From: an uncultured delta proteobacterium
GTDB taxonomy: Bacteria; Myxococcota_A; Polyangia; Polyangiales; Polyangiaceae
NCBI GenBank assembly: GCA_963841435.1
Contig: CAWJCS010000005.1
Coordinates: 320,001-384,000 of the forward strand
DNA length: 64,000 bases
Reading direction: 5' to 3'
Both the position numbers and the translations under genes were made by a program. Shown here piece after piece: positions 1 through 10,830 of this stretch. Positions within the stretch are counted from its first letter, which is position 1. Each line of letters opens with the position of its first letter. The notes beneath the pieces are model-generated. The model made no database searches. It was not told where the DNA came from and saw nothing but the letters and a program-made list of their open reading frames with translations.

Positions 1-175
1 GCGCGACCCGACCGGCGGGTGGCGCTTCTTGAAGACGGGGATCAGACCCCGATGATAGCGGATTGCGGCGCGACGTCTCGCCTGCCTCTCTGCGCGGTCG
101 CGGACATTGCTCATGATCCGCCGCGACGAAGCGCCCGGCGGCGCGGCGACCTGACCCGAGCTAAGCTCGGCGCGC

Positions 176-1096
176 ATGGAGATCGAAGGGCGACGCCGTT
201 CCAGCAATTTCGAGGATCGCGGCCGTGGCAGTGGGGGCGGCGGAGGCGGCGGGCTTCCCATCGGAGCGCTCCTCTCGGTGGCCCGGCTGCTCGGTCCGAA
301 GGGGATGCTCATCGCCGGTGTCGTCGCGGCGGGTGGCTACTTCCTACTGCCGTCGAGCCTCCGGCAGCAGCTGTTCGGTGCGGTTTCGGGTACAGAAGGC
401 TCGGGTCAGGGCGCACAGGGCGCCGGCAGCGTGTGCCAGGCGTCACCTGCGAACGGCAAGGCGTGCGATTTTTCTCGCGTCGTGCTCGCTTCGACCGAGG
501 ACGTCTGGACCGCCAAGTTCGCGAGCGGCGAGCTGCCGAGGTACGGCGCAGCGCCGGGCGCCTACGCTCCACCGACGCTCGCCGTGTTTTCCAACGCCGT
601 CTCGACTGGCGGCTGCGGCAGCGCGACCTCCGACGTGGGGCCGTTTTACTGCCCGGGCGACAAGAAGCTCTACATCGATCCGAGCTTTTACGGCGTGATG
701 GAACAGAAGCTCCGCGCGCCGGGCGACTTCGCCCAGGCCTACGTCATCGCGCACGAGGTCGGGCATCACGTGCAGAACCTGATCGGCTCGAGCAGGCTGC
801 CCGTGAGGGGCGAAACCAAGAACCAGGTCTCCGTGCGCGTCGAGCTCCAGGCAGATTGCTTCGCCGGAGTCTGGGGCCACAGCGCGCGCGCCTCGCTCGC
901 CATCACCGACGACGATCTCGCCGAAGCCCTGACGGCCGCTCACGCCATCGGCGACGACACGCTCGGTCATTCGAACGCCGACGACTACACGCACGGCACG
1001 AGCGCCCAGCGCATGAAATGGTTCCGCCGCGGCTTCTCGGAGGGCGACGCTCGCCAGTGCGACACGTTCGCCGTTACCAAGCACGCCGAGCTCTGA
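176..1096 (+). CDS. Neutral zinc metallopeptidase, YpfJ-like
   Basis: N-terminal RRSSNFEDR, GPFYCPGD, GDFAQAYVIAHEVGHHVQ (HExxH) and ELQADC motifs. Confidence 0.88.
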   Translation: MEIEGRRRSSNFEDRGRGSGGGGGGGLPIGALLSVARLLGPKGMLIAGVVAAGGYFLLPSSLRQQLFGAVSGTEGSGQGAQGAGSVCQASPANGKACDFSRVVLASTEDVWTAKFASGELPRYGAAPGAYAPPTLAVFSNAVSTGGCGSATSDVGPFYCPGDKKLYIDPSFYGVMEQKLRAPGDFAQAYVIAHEVGHHVQNLIGSSRLPVRGETKNQVSVRVELQADCFAGVWGHSARASLAITDDDLAEALTAAHAIGDDTLGHSNADDYTHGTSAQRMKWFRRGFSEGDARQCDTFAVTKHAEL

Positions 1097-1357
1097 TCGC
1101 GAGCGGCACCGCCGAGCGGCGCACCGGCCGCCCACGGCAGAGGTGCGATGGAGTCCTACACGGTCGCGGTAATGAGCTCCGAAGACGCCTCGTTCGGACG
1201 AGACACCTCGTGTTAGGATGAGGGCTTCTGGAATGTCGAAGTGGCGACCTCCTTCGACTGCGAGGCAGCCACTGCCTTGCCGACACTCCCGGGACTATCC
1301 GGGTCGTTTTGGACATGGGCGATCCCGAAGCGATTGGCCATTTTGGAGGATGAGGAA

Positions 1358-1786
1358 ATGACGAGCGAAGAAGCTGTCTGCGCGGCAGCGAAACGTTTCT
1401 ACGAGGGTATCGAGCAGATGGTGAGCGGCGGGGGCATCGGCCTCGTCGAGGAGTGCTGGGACCACTCCGATCGCGTCACCGGTGGCCATCCGAGCGGTGA
1501 ATGGTCACAGGGCTGGGACGAGGTGCGTGCCACCTGGGAAGTGTTCTCGGGGTTCGGCCGGCACGATCGGGGCGGAAGCCAGGTGAAGGGGATGCGGGCC
1601 CACGTTTACGGTGACATGGCCTACACCACCTGCCTGTTCGTGGCGTCGCCCGGGTTTGGCGGCGAGACCCTGGCGTGCACGAACGTGCTCGTGAAAAAGG
1701 ACGGTGCCTGGAAGGTCGTCCACCATCACGCCGACAAGTCGCCGGCCATGGGCGCAGCGCTGGAAAAGATCGCACACGGCGGTTGA
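1358..1786 (+). CDS. SnoaL/NTF2-like small protein
   Basis: GAGGA RBS before ATG 1358; ends TNVLVKKDGAWKVVHHHA, typical of the family. Confidence 0.75.
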   Translation: MTSEEAVCAAAKRFYEGIEQMVSGGGIGLVEECWDHSDRVTGGHPSGEWSQGWDEVRATWEVFSGFGRHDRGGSQVKGMRAHVYGDMAYTTCLFVASPGFGGETLACTNVLVKKDGAWKVVHHHADKSPAMGAALEKIAHGG

Positions 1787-1863
1787 TCCGGAGCGGCGCG
1801 ACGCGGGTCGCGTCTTTCGAATGTCACTTGCGCCCTTTGCTTCGAGAATATTAGAACAAGACC

Positions 1864-2178
1864 GTGGCCTCGAAGCTCGAGCGGTGTGCCGAGAAGCTGG
1901 CAGCGCTCGGGCACCCCGTTCGCCTCGCCATCCTCAGCTACGTCGTCCAGGCAGGCCGTGGCGGCAGCCCCGCAGGGGACATTCAGACGCACGTGGATTT
2001 GCCGGCCTCGACTCTGAGCCAACACCTCAAACGGCTGGTCGAGGCCGGCGTGCTCGTGAGCCGACCCGAGGGCACGTTTCGTTACTACAGCGCGGACTAC
2101 CGGGACCTGCGAGCGCTGACCGACTACGTCTGGGAAGACTGCTGCCAACGTGGGCAGGACAAAGAGGCCTGTTGCTGA
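1864..2178 (+). CDS. arsR: ArsR/SmtB family arsenic-responsive repressor
   Basis: ALGHPVRLAIL...STLSQHLKRL winged HTH; C-terminal Cys pairs EDCC...EACC; upstream of aquaporin and arsC. Confidence 0.85.
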   Translation: MASKLERCAEKLAALGHPVRLAILSYVVQAGRGGSPAGDIQTHVDLPASTLSQHLKRLVEAGVLVSRPEGTFRYYSADYRDLRALTDYVWEDCCQRGQDKEACC

Positions 2179-2850
2179 CGAAGCCGTCGCTCGCGCGCCG
2201 GTATGTCGCCGAAGGGCTGGGCACGGCGTTCCTGCTGGCTGCGGTGATCGGCTCCGGCGTGATGGGAGAGCGACTCTCGGGCGGGAGCGTCGGGCTCGCG
2301 CTGCTCGCGAACACGCTCGCCACGGGCGCAGCGCTCGTCACCCTCATCCTCACCTTCGGGCCCGTATCGGGCGCCCACTTCAATCCCGGCGGTCACGCTG
2401 GCGGAGGCGACGCAGGGTGGCATCGCTTGGCGTGACGTGCCGGGCTACCTGCTTTCGCAGGTGCTGGGAGCTCTTGCGGGGACCGCAGCGGCGCACGTGA
2501 TGTTCGGTGAGCCGCTGTTCTCGGCCTCGACGCACGTGAGGTCGGGGCCGGCGCAGCTCTTCAGTGAGCTCGTGGCGACCTTCGGGTTGCTGTCCGTGAT
2601 CTGGGGTTGTGCGCGGAGCCGGCCGTCGGCGGTGCCGTTCGCCGTCGGCGCGTACATCACTGCAGCGTATTGGTTTACCTCGTCAACGTCGTTCGCGAAC
2701 CCCGCGGTGACGCTCGCCCGTGCTCTGAGCAACACCTTCGCGGGTATTCGTCCGGTCAACGCGCCCGCCTTCATCGCCGCGCAGCTCGTTGGGGCCGGAG
2801 CTGCCACGGCGCTGTTCCGCTGGCTCGTGCCCGCTCCGCCGGAAGCATGA
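2172..2850 (+). CDS. MIP/aquaporin family channel (AqpS-like arsenite channel); frameshift near 2388
   Basis: SGAHFNP|AVT in the first frame and STSFANPAVT in the second give two NPA boxes split by a single indel. Confidence 0.85.
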
Positions 2851-3264
2851 AAGCCAACCCGCCGACGGTGCTCTTCGCCTGCGTGCACAACGCGGGGCGC
2901 TCGCAGATGGCGGCCGCCTGGTTCAACCGGCTGGTCGATCCGGACAGGGCCACGGCCGTGTCCGCCGGTACCGAGCCCGGAACGCGCGTCCACCCCGAGG
3001 TCCTCGCCGCCATGCGCGAGGTCGGCATCGAATCTCGCGGCAGCCACGCCGCGCTTCTTGTCGGACGAGCTCGCGCGGTCCGCATCGCTGCTCGTGACCA
3101 TGGGTTGCGGCGAGGCCTGCCCCTTCGTTCCCGGGCTGGAGCGGGACGACTGGCCTCTCGAGGATCCGAAGGGCAAGCCCGTCGAACGGGTTCGGGAGAT
3201 CAGGGACGAGATCCGGGACCGGGTCGCCGCGCTGCTCCGCGAGCGCGGCTGGCAGCGCCGCTGA
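2847..3264 (+). CDS. arsC: Arsenate reductase, LMW-PTP fold; frameshift near 3030
   Basis: VLFACVHNAGRSQMA P-loop, then TMGCGEACP and DWPLEDP in the next frame; ATGA overlap with the aquaporin gene. Confidence 0.88.
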
Positions 3265-3516
3265 CCCGACATTCCCCCGACGGCTCAGGTCGGGCCGCCC
3301 AGCGGGCACTCACTTTCGAGCCTCATGCGACTACCCGCCAGACTCCGTGGTGGAGGCGCTGCGTCCCCCGCGTTTCGCAGGGCTGAAGTCCATGGAGTTG
3401 CTGGGAAATGCCCGCCCTCGCGCCCGACCACCCATTGCGCGACCCGCCGACGACCTGCATCGTTGAACCGAGCTTACGAACGTGCCCGCGCCGCGGGCGC
3501 CCGTGGGCGACTCGCC

Positions 3517-4522
3517 ATGAAGGGTCCGCGAAACGCCCCCGCTCTGCTCTCGTCGGGGCTGCTCCTGCTCGCCCCCGCGGTGCGAGCGGCACCGACGATG
3601 TGCGCGGACACCCTCGAGGTCGACGCGCCGCCCGGGGCGGCTGCGGCGCTCCGCCAGGAGGTCGCCCGCGGGCGCCTTGCCTCGATTCCGAGCGTGGAGT
3701 GCCAGGACTCCGTCGCGGCGCTTTCCCCACGCGGTGGCGGTTGGAGGCTCACCCTCGACCGCGGTGGTCAGCAACTCAGCCGAGACGTCGACTCCATTCC
3801 ACTCGCTGCCGTGTGGCTCGAGAGCTGGCTCGACCCCGGCTTCGAGGCCGCCCGGCCCGCCCCGGAGCCGGCCCCGGCACTGCCTCCACCCGAAAAGGAT
3901 CGGGGAGCGCTCCCCACGACGACGTCCGTCAGGAAGCCCGGAGGGCCCGGTCTGGTCGTCCTCGCCGGCGGCGCCACGTCACTTGCGACGAACCGCGCCT
4001 CCTTCACGGGGCCCGAGCTCGTGGTGGGTCTGCGGCCAGCGCGCGCGCTGTTCTTGGGGCCGGAGCTCGGCGCTTCGTTCCGGCTGCCGGCGGCCCAAGG
4101 AGCCGGTGAGCGGCTGGTGCGTGGCGGCCTCGCGGTCGGCGTCATGGCGCCCCTGCCGGCAAAGCTGGCTCTGGTGGGCACCGTGGCGGGCGGCGTGGCC
4201 TCGTTCAGCGCGCCCGACACGGCGAAGGGAGTCTCGAGCACCGGCGGGTACGCTGGCTTCCGCGCCGCGCTCGCGCGAGAGATCGCCCGTCCGCTCTGGG
4301 TTTTTGCGGGGGTAGGCGGGACCTGGGTTGAACGCGCCGGCGGTGCGATCGGGTCCCGCAGCGAGCCCGGCGATGCCCGTGACGGCGGCCGACGGCGAGG
4401 TCGAGATGGACGGCGAGGACGGTACGACCGTTCCCGTCACCGCGCCCGAGACGACGGCCACCTTCCCTCGTCTTTCGGGAAGACTCGAGCTCGGTCTCGC
4501 ACTTTCGTTCGGGGGACCATGA
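3517..4522 (+). CDS. Hypothetical exported protein with a beta-barrel-like C-terminus; frameshift near 4330
   Basis: Signal peptide MKGPRNAPALL...; probable C-terminus GRLELGLALSFGGP* in ORF 4328-4522; its TGA overlaps the sigma ATG. Confidence 0.55.
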
Positions 4523-5109
4523 CCGCTCGCGTCGTGGCGCTACGGGCCCCGACCCGACAGGAGTCGAGCCTGAGCGACGAGGCGGTCGCGCTCGCGTGCG
4601 GCAGCGGGGATCCCGAAGCGATTGCCGAGCTCTACGATCGGTTCGAGCGCTCCGTCACTCGCTACGTCTCGAGGCATCTGCGCGACCTATCGGACTGCGA
4701 GGACGTCGTGCAAGCGACGTTCGTCGAGATCGCGCGCGGGCGGGCACGTTTCCAGCAGCATTCGAGCGCGAAGACGTGGGTCTTCGGGATCGCCACCAAC
4801 GTCATCCGCCACCACCTGCGGTCGGCCTCGCGGCGCCGCAAGCTCTCGCTCGCCTTCGGTTTTGCGCGCTCGGGTAGCACGGCGCCGCCGCAGAGCGCCG
4901 CCGTCGAGGCTCGCGCCGAGCTCGCGCGCGTCGAGCGGGCGCTTGCGGCGCTGCCCGAGGCGAGACGCCTGGCGTTCGTGCTGTGCGAGGTCGAGGGGCT
5001 CAGCGCTCGCGAGGCGGCCGAGGTGCTCGGCACCAGCGAGACCGCCGTCTGGCGCCGCGTCTGCGACGCTCGCCGAGCGCTATCGCTTGCAATCGCGGAG
5101 GACGCCTGA
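4519..5109 (+). CDS. ECF RNA polymerase sigma-70 factor
   Basis: DCEDVVQATF, KTWVFGIATN (region 2); RLAFVLCEVEGLSAREAAEVLG (region 4). Confidence 0.9.
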   Translation: MTARVVALRAPTRQESSLSDEAVALACGSGDPEAIAELYDRFERSVTRYVSRHLRDLSDCEDVVQATFVEIARGRARFQQHSSAKTWVFGIATNVIRHHLRSASRRRKLSLAFGFARSGSTAPPQSAAVEARAELARVERALAALPEARRLAFVLCEVEGLSAREAAEVLGTSETAVWRRVCDARRALSLAIAEDA

Positions 5110-6293
5110 TGGCCCGCTGCGCCGAGCTGCCGCGCATCGAGGCGTGGGCCAAGGCCGGCGCCGCCGCGGGCGCCCCGCCCCGCGAGCTTTCGGAGCACGC
5201 CGAAGGCTGCGCCGCCTGCGGACCGCTCTTGTCCGAGGTGCTCGCCGTGCGCGGTGCCGTCCGGGGCCTCGAGGCTCACACGATGAACGAAGAGCGTCGC
5301 GACGCCATTCGGTTCAGCGTCACTGCCGAGGCCAGGCGAGCTTCACAGGGACGCGCGGCCCGTCCGCTCACCGGGCTCTTTCGCCGTGTCGCCTGGGGTA
5401 TCGGCCTCGCCGCCTCCCTGGCGCTCGCCCTCTACGCCTTCCAAGCGCGACGCGAAGCAACGAGCGGGACACCCACGCGCGGGCGCTCGCTCGCGGCGAT
5501 CTCCCTTTTGCCGGGGGCCCTCGGTCACCACGAGCGCAGCGCTCCGGACGAGATTTATCGGCTCGAGCAGGGCGAGGCCACATTCCGAGTCACGAAGCTC
5601 GAGAAGGACCAGCGCTTTCGGGTTCTCGCCGGTGACGGGAGCATCGAGGTTCGAGGGACGCGCTTCCGCGTGCACGTCGAGCAAGGTCACCTCGAGCGCG
5701 TCGACGTCGACGAGGGTGAGGTTCTCGTCTGGCTCGGGAATCGCCCGGTCGCGGATCTTCTTCCAGGCGACGGCTGGGTCCGTCCCGCCGCCCCGCCCGC
5801 GGCGGCTTCGGCGAGCGGCGCCGAACCCGAGGGACCGGCCCCCGTACCGACCGTCGACGACCGCGTGACGCCACCGAGCACGCGAGCGACCACGACAGCG
5901 AGTGCTCCGGAAAGGCCAGCAGACGCCGCGTTCGCCCACGCCTGGAAGCTCCTCGGCTCCGGGCAACCAGCCGAGGCCGCCGCGGAGCTCGATGCGCTCG
6001 CGCTCTCCCCCGGTCTCGATCGCGCGCGCCTGGCCGATGTCCTTTATTGGACGAGCCAGGCGTACGCTCGATCGGGCAATCGTGCGGCGGCAGAGTCTCG
6101 GGCGCGCCGGCTGCTGCGCGATTTTCCGAGCTCGGTCCGGGCCCCCGACGCGGCACTGATCGTGGGGCAGACGGCGCGTGCGCGCGGTGACCGTGCGGAG
6201 GCAAAGTTCTGGCTCGACCGCGCCGTGACCTCGGTCCATCCGGCGGTCCGGTCGCGCGCTCTCGCAGAGCTTTCGGCGCTCGGCCCGCCCTGA
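5109..6293 (+). CDS. FecR-like anti-sigma factor with C-terminal TPR
   Basis: HAEGCAAC zinc-binding anti-sigma motif, one TM, IEVRGTRFRV...VDVDEGEV FecR motif, TPR-like tail. Confidence 0.82.
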   Translation: MARCAELPRIEAWAKAGAAAGAPPRELSEHAEGCAACGPLLSEVLAVRGAVRGLEAHTMNEERRDAIRFSVTAEARRASQGRAARPLTGLFRRVAWGIGLAASLALALYAFQARREATSGTPTRGRSLAAISLLPGALGHHERSAPDEIYRLEQGEATFRVTKLEKDQRFRVLAGDGSIEVRGTRFRVHVEQGHLERVDVDEGEVLVWLGNRPVADLLPGDGWVRPAAPPAAASASGAEPEGPAPVPTVDDRVTPPSTRATTTASAPERPADAAFAHAWKLLGSGQPAEAAAELDALALSPGLDRARLADVLYWTSQAYARSGNRAAAESRARRLLRDFPSSVRAPDAALIVGQTARARGDRAEAKFWLDRAVTSVHPAVRSRALAELSALGPP

Positions 6294-6435
6294 GGCAACA
6301 CGGCGCGGCCGACCAAGACCTCGACCTGCCAGCGAAATTTCGCGATGAGCGGCGTTCCCCTCAGGATCTCGGGGGGCGGGGCACCCACGAGAGAGCTGCT
6401 CCGGGTGACGAGCCCGGGTGTGGCCACCTCCCGTC

Positions 6436-8016
6436 ATGGACGACCCCCGCAGCCGGAAAGCTCTCATCGGTACGTTGGCCTTGCTGGCGATCGCGCTCGG
6501 CCTCGCCGGATACAAGCTTTTCGCGCTCGACTATCGCCTGAGCGACGTCCTGCCGCGCTCGAAATACACGGTCGAGTACCAGCTCTCGGTCGACGGCCAC
6601 GGCGACGAGGCCACGGTGCGCTCGTTCTTGCCGGTGACCGACCCCCGGCAGACGATCGGCGACGAAACCGATTCGTCGCCCGGGTTCGCGTTCGCATCGG
6701 ACGTTGATGCCCAAAATCGCAACGCGACCTGGAGCGGTGATTCGATCCGGGACGGCGCGGCGATCGTTCATCGCTTCTCGGTCCTCTCGCGCGCCGTGCG
6801 CTACGAGATCGATCCTGCTGTCACCGTTCCTGCAACGTACCCCGACGACGCGGCGATCGCCCTGCGCCCCGAAAAGGACATCCAGGTCGACGACCCGGCC
6901 ATCACGACGAAGCTCAAGGCACTCGGTGCCGAGCACGGCACGGTGCGCGAACGGCTCGAGCGCATCTACGCGTTCACGTCCAAGTTGCCGAGCCGGCCGT
7001 TCAAGGGAACGACGGACGCGCTCACGGCGCTCAGGCTGGGCGAGGCGAGCTGCAACGGCAAGAGTCGCCTCTTCGTGGCGCTGGCGCGCGCCGCCGGCAT
7101 CCCCGCGCGGCTCGTCGGCGGTCTGATCCTGGAGACAGCGACCAAGAAAACCTCGCACCAGTGGGTGGAAGCCTACGTCGCGGGTCACTGGGTTCCGTTC
7201 TGCCCGCTGAACCATCACTTCGCCGAGATCCCGCAGCACTACCTCACCCTCTATCGCGGTGACGAAGCGCTCTTCACGCACACCGCGAGCATCAACTTCC
7301 AATACGAATTCCGCATCAGCAAGGAGCAGGTCCCTTCGGAGCAGGCAAAGCACGTCTTTCAGGCCGTCAACGTGTGGGCGCTCTTCGAACGGCTGAAGCT
7401 CCCGTTCTCGTTGCTCGGCACGGTGCTGATGCTGCCCGTGGGCGCGCTCGTGGTCGTCTTGTTCAGGAACGTCGTCGGCCTGCCCACGTTCGGCACGTTC
7501 CTGCCCGCGCTGATCGCCGGTGCCGCCGCGGAGACCGGCGCCCTGTGGGGCCTCGTCGGAGTGGGCATCGTCGTAGCGGTCGTCGGCACGGTCCGCTTCG
7601 TGCTCGAGCGCTTCGAGCTGCTGCATTCACCCACGCTGGCGATCCTGCTCGCGGTCGTGACGACCACCCTACTCGCGACCAGCCTGCTCGCGGAGCGCGT
7701 GGGTCTCACCAACCTGTCGCACGTCACCTTTCTCCCGATCGCCGTCCTGGCCATCACGGCCGAACGCTTCTACCTGTCACTCACCGAGCGGGGGTCGGCC
7801 GTTGCCGCCGCGGAGCTCGGCGGCACGCTCGCCGTGATCCTCGCTTGCTACGTGGTGATGAGCTCGCTCGCGCTCCGCGTGCTCGTCGTCGGCTTTCCCG
7901 AGGTGCTCCTGGTCGTGGTGGCGCTCAATCTGTATCTCGGGCGCTGGACGGGCATTCGAATCTCGGAATACATCCGCTTCCGCGGCGTGCTGGGGCTCTC
8001 GAGGGCGCGCGCATGA
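6436..8016 (+). CDS. Transglutaminase-like domain fused to a 7TM domain
   Basis: ASCNGKSRLFVALARAAGIPARLVGG, HQWVEAYV, WVPFCP; membrane part with FRNVVGLPTFGTFLPAL, TAERF and YLGRWTGIRISEYIRF. Confidence 0.85.
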   Translation: MDDPRSRKALIGTLALLAIALGLAGYKLFALDYRLSDVLPRSKYTVEYQLSVDGHGDEATVRSFLPVTDPRQTIGDETDSSPGFAFASDVDAQNRNATWSGDSIRDGAAIVHRFSVLSRAVRYEIDPAVTVPATYPDDAAIALRPEKDIQVDDPAITTKLKALGAEHGTVRERLERIYAFTSKLPSRPFKGTTDALTALRLGEASCNGKSRLFVALARAAGIPARLVGGLILETATKKTSHQWVEAYVAGHWVPFCPLNHHFAEIPQHYLTLYRGDEALFTHTASINFQYEFRISKEQVPSEQAKHVFQAVNVWALFERLKLPFSLLGTVLMLPVGALVVVLFRNVVGLPTFGTFLPALIAGAAAETGALWGLVGVGIVVAVVGTVRFVLERFELLHSPTLAILLAVVTTTLLATSLLAERVGLTNLSHVTFLPIAVLAITAERFYLSLTERGSAVAAAELGGTLAVILACYVVMSSLALRVLVVGFPEVLLVVVALNLYLGRWTGIRISEYIRFRGVLGLSRARA

Positions 8017-8903
8017 ACCGCTTTTCGGCCGCGCTCGGCGAGGCGCTCGTCAGGCGCCGGCACCTCTTCGGCCTGAACCGCCGGAACCTCGAGCTCGTTC
8101 ACCACGAGAACCCACGGCGTTTCTATCCGTTGGCGGACGACAAGCTGCTCGCCAAGGAGCGCCTCGTCGAGGCGGGCGTGCGCGTGCCCGAAACGCTCTG
8201 CGTTTGCACGGGGCTCTTTTCCGTGGCGTCGGCGCTGCGCTCGCTCTCGGCCTGCGACGAGTTCGTCGTGAAGCCCGCGCGGGGCTCGGGCGGTGACGGC
8301 ATCCTCGTCGCGACGGAGCGCTTGCGAGACGGCGTGTGGCGGCGGGCAGGCGGCGGCGAGCTCGACCTCGGCCAGCTCAAGAAGCACTTCGCGGACATCG
8401 TCTTCGGTGCCTTTTCGAATCAGCTCGAAGACCGCGGTTTCGTCGAGCGACGGGTCAGCGGCCATCCGTCGCTCCACGAGCTCTGGCCCGACGGCCTGTG
8501 TGACATCCGCGTGCTCACCCGTCGTCGCGCGCCCTTCATGGCCATGCTCCGCGTGCCCACGCGCGCGTCTCGCGGTCGAGCGAACCTGCACAGCGGGGGC
8601 CTCGGGCTCGCCGTGGATCTCGCGACCGGCCGCGTCACCCGTGGCGTCAAAGATGGCCAGCCCATCGTTCGCCACCCCGACTCGGGCGCCGCGCTGCTCG
8701 GGCTCGAGCTGCCGGCGTGGGACGACATCCTTTCGCAAACCGCGCGTGCCGCGGCAAGCGTTCCGCTCGGGTACCTCGGTGTCGACCTCGTCGTCGATGC
8801 GTCGGCGAGCGCGCTCGTGCTCGAGATCAACGCGCGCCCGGGGCTGGAGATCCAGAACGTTCACGGCCTGGGGCTCGGCGAGATGTTGGCGAGGATCGGA
8901 TGA
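8013..8903 (+). CDS. ATP-grasp ligase, alpha-L-glutamate ligase-like (RimK-related)
   Basis: GLNRRNL, ADDKL, FVVKPARGSGGDGI, RANLHSGG, LGYLGVDLV, VLEINARPGLEIQ. Confidence 0.88.
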   Translation: MNRFSAALGEALVRRRHLFGLNRRNLELVHHENPRRFYPLADDKLLAKERLVEAGVRVPETLCVCTGLFSVASALRSLSACDEFVVKPARGSGGDGILVATERLRDGVWRRAGGGELDLGQLKKHFADIVFGAFSNQLEDRGFVERRVSGHPSLHELWPDGLCDIRVLTRRRAPFMAMLRVPTRASRGRANLHSGGLGLAVDLATGRVTRGVKDGQPIVRHPDSGAALLGLELPAWDDILSQTARAAASVPLGYLGVDLVVDASASALVLEINARPGLEIQNVHGLGLGEMLARIG

Positions 8904-10807
8904 TGGAGGCGACCGGCGATCGCCTCTGGCCCGTGCTCCTCATGGTCTCGGCGCTGTTGGGCGGTGGCGCGACCCTCGAGTGGTACGCGCGCCACAGCGA
9001 GACCGTCGCGAGCGTGATTCACATCACGCAAAGCTCGAAGAGCGGCGCCTCGAGCACCGAGGAAGACGAGACGGCGAGGGCTCCGGAGGTCGACCGAAGC
9101 GTTCCGGTCAACGACAATCACGCGCAGGCGCGCGTCGCGGCCAAGCGTGGAGAGCTCGGCGCCGCGCTCCAGCACTTCGGGCGCACCGTCACCGCGCATC
9201 CCGACGCAGCCCCCTTGCTTTCCGAATACGGCTACTGGCTGCTGCGCGGCGCGAAGGCCAAGGAAGCGGTCGCGACGTTGACGCGCGCGATCGAGCTCGC
9301 ACCCGACGCCTACGTCACTCGCTACAATCTCGGGGTAGCCGCCCGAAAGGCAGGCGACGCCGCGGCATCCGAGGCGGCTTTTCGCGCGACGTTGAAGGTC
9401 AACCCGGCCTTCTCACCGGCGAGCCAGGCGCTCGGCTCGTTGCTCCTGCGCCGCGGAGCGGTCGAGGAAAGCATCGCCGTGCTCGAGGCCGCGACGCGCT
9501 CGGGCAGCAACGAGGAGCGCGCGGCCAGCTGGGTCGCCTTGGGGCGCTCCTACCTCAAGGCGGGGCGTCGCCCCGACGCCGTCAAGGCGTTCGACGAAGC
9601 CATCTCTCGCGCGCCGTCGCTCGTTGACACGCGCGTCCGCATCGTGCAGGCCTGGCTTTCGACGGGGAAGGCCGAGGACGCGAAGCCCGCTCTCGAGGCG
9701 GCGGAGCTCGTCGCAAAGCTCGCCCCGGATCAGGCCTTTTCGCACATGACGCTGGCGAAGGCCCGAGAACGCTCCCAAGACTCCGGCGGAGCGCTCGACG
9801 AGTATCGCCAGGCGCTCGAGCTCGATCCGACCCTCGCGCTCGCCTTGCGGCGCATGCTGAGGATCACGCTAGGACGTCAGGAGTTCGAGCAGGCCCGAAG
9901 GTTCGCGAAGCAGCTCGTCAAGCTCGACCCCGAGGACCCCGAGCATCACTTCCTCGCCGGGCTCGTCGCGGCGCGGGAACGTCACTTGGACGACGCGCGA
10001 GCCTTCTACGGAGCGGCGATCGAGCACGCCAAGGGCGATTACCCTGAGGCCTACTTCAACCTGGGTCTCCTGGAGAAGCGCGCCGGAAACTACGACGCAG
10101 CGGTCCAAGCCTACCAGCGTGCCATCGAGCTTAGACCCAAGTACCTCGCCGCGCACAACAACCTCGGGTTGACGTTTTCCGCGATGGGGCGCGCAGCCGA
10201 CGCCGAGGAACGGTTCCGCGCCGCCGTCGCGATCGACGCGGGGTACGCACCCGCCTGGCTCAATCTGGCGGAGCTCTCGATCGCTCGTGACCAGAAGGAG
10301 GAGGCCGTGGCCGCGCTCGGCAAGGCGCTCGAGGCGCGACCCGACTATCCGGCCGCGAGCTTGATGCTGGCGCGCCTCGAAGGCGACCTCGGCCGCGCGA
10401 GCGACGGGCTCGCCAGGGCGATGAAGGTGGCGGCGGCACACCCGCGCCACGCGGAGGCGTTCCAGGCGGCGGCGTCACTCGCCGAAAAGGCAGGCAAGCT
10501 CACTGACGCCCGCTCGGCCTACGAGCATGCCATCACCCTCGACCCGGACAACGTCGCGTACCTCGCGGGCCGTGCGGCGCTGCTCGGCAAGGCCGGGGAT
10601 CTCGCGGCCGCGCGCACGGCGTACGAGGACGTTCTGGAGCGCGCCCCGGCGGATCGCGACGCCCGGCTCGCGCTCGCCGAGCTCGCGCGCCAGAGCGGCC
10701 AGCTGGACGAGTGCCTGCGGGAGGCGGAACGCGTGCTCGAGATCGCGGCCGGTGACGCGCGCGCCGCCGAGCTTCGCGGCCTTTGCGGACGGAAGGCGAC
10801 GAATTGA
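8900..10807 (+). CDS. Membrane-anchored multi-TPR protein
   Basis: N-terminal TM then many TPRs (AYFNLGL, AHNNLGL, AWLNLA); ATGA overlap. Confidence 0.85.
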   Translation: MMEATGDRLWPVLLMVSALLGGGATLEWYARHSETVASVIHITQSSKSGASSTEEDETARAPEVDRSVPVNDNHAQARVAAKRGELGAALQHFGRTVTAHPDAAPLLSEYGYWLLRGAKAKEAVATLTRAIELAPDAYVTRYNLGVAARKAGDAAASEAAFRATLKVNPAFSPASQALGSLLLRRGAVEESIAVLEAATRSGSNEERAASWVALGRSYLKAGRRPDAVKAFDEAISRAPSLVDTRVRIVQAWLSTGKAEDAKPALEAAELVAKLAPDQAFSHMTLAKARERSQDSGGALDEYRQALELDPTLALALRRMLRITLGRQEFEQARRFAKQLVKLDPEDPEHHFLAGLVAARERHLDDARAFYGAAIEHAKGDYPEAYFNLGLLEKRAGNYDAAVQAYQRAIELRPKYLAAHNNLGLTFSAMGRAADAEERFRAAVAIDAGYAPAWLNLAELSIARDQKEEAVAALGKALEARPDYPAASLMLARLEGDLGRASDGLARAMKVAAAHPRHAEAFQAAASLAEKAGKLTDARSAYEHAITLDPDNVAYLAGRAALLGKAGDLAAARTAYEDVLERAPADRDARLALAELARQSGQLDECLREAERVLEIAAGDARAAELRGLCGRKATN

Positions 10808-10830
10808 GTCGCGTTCATCACGGAGACCTC

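Noticed and set aside
3325-5109. 594-aa sigma factor fusion
   Set aside because: Artefact of a frameshift near 4330; a separate ATGA-coupled sigma start exists at 4519.
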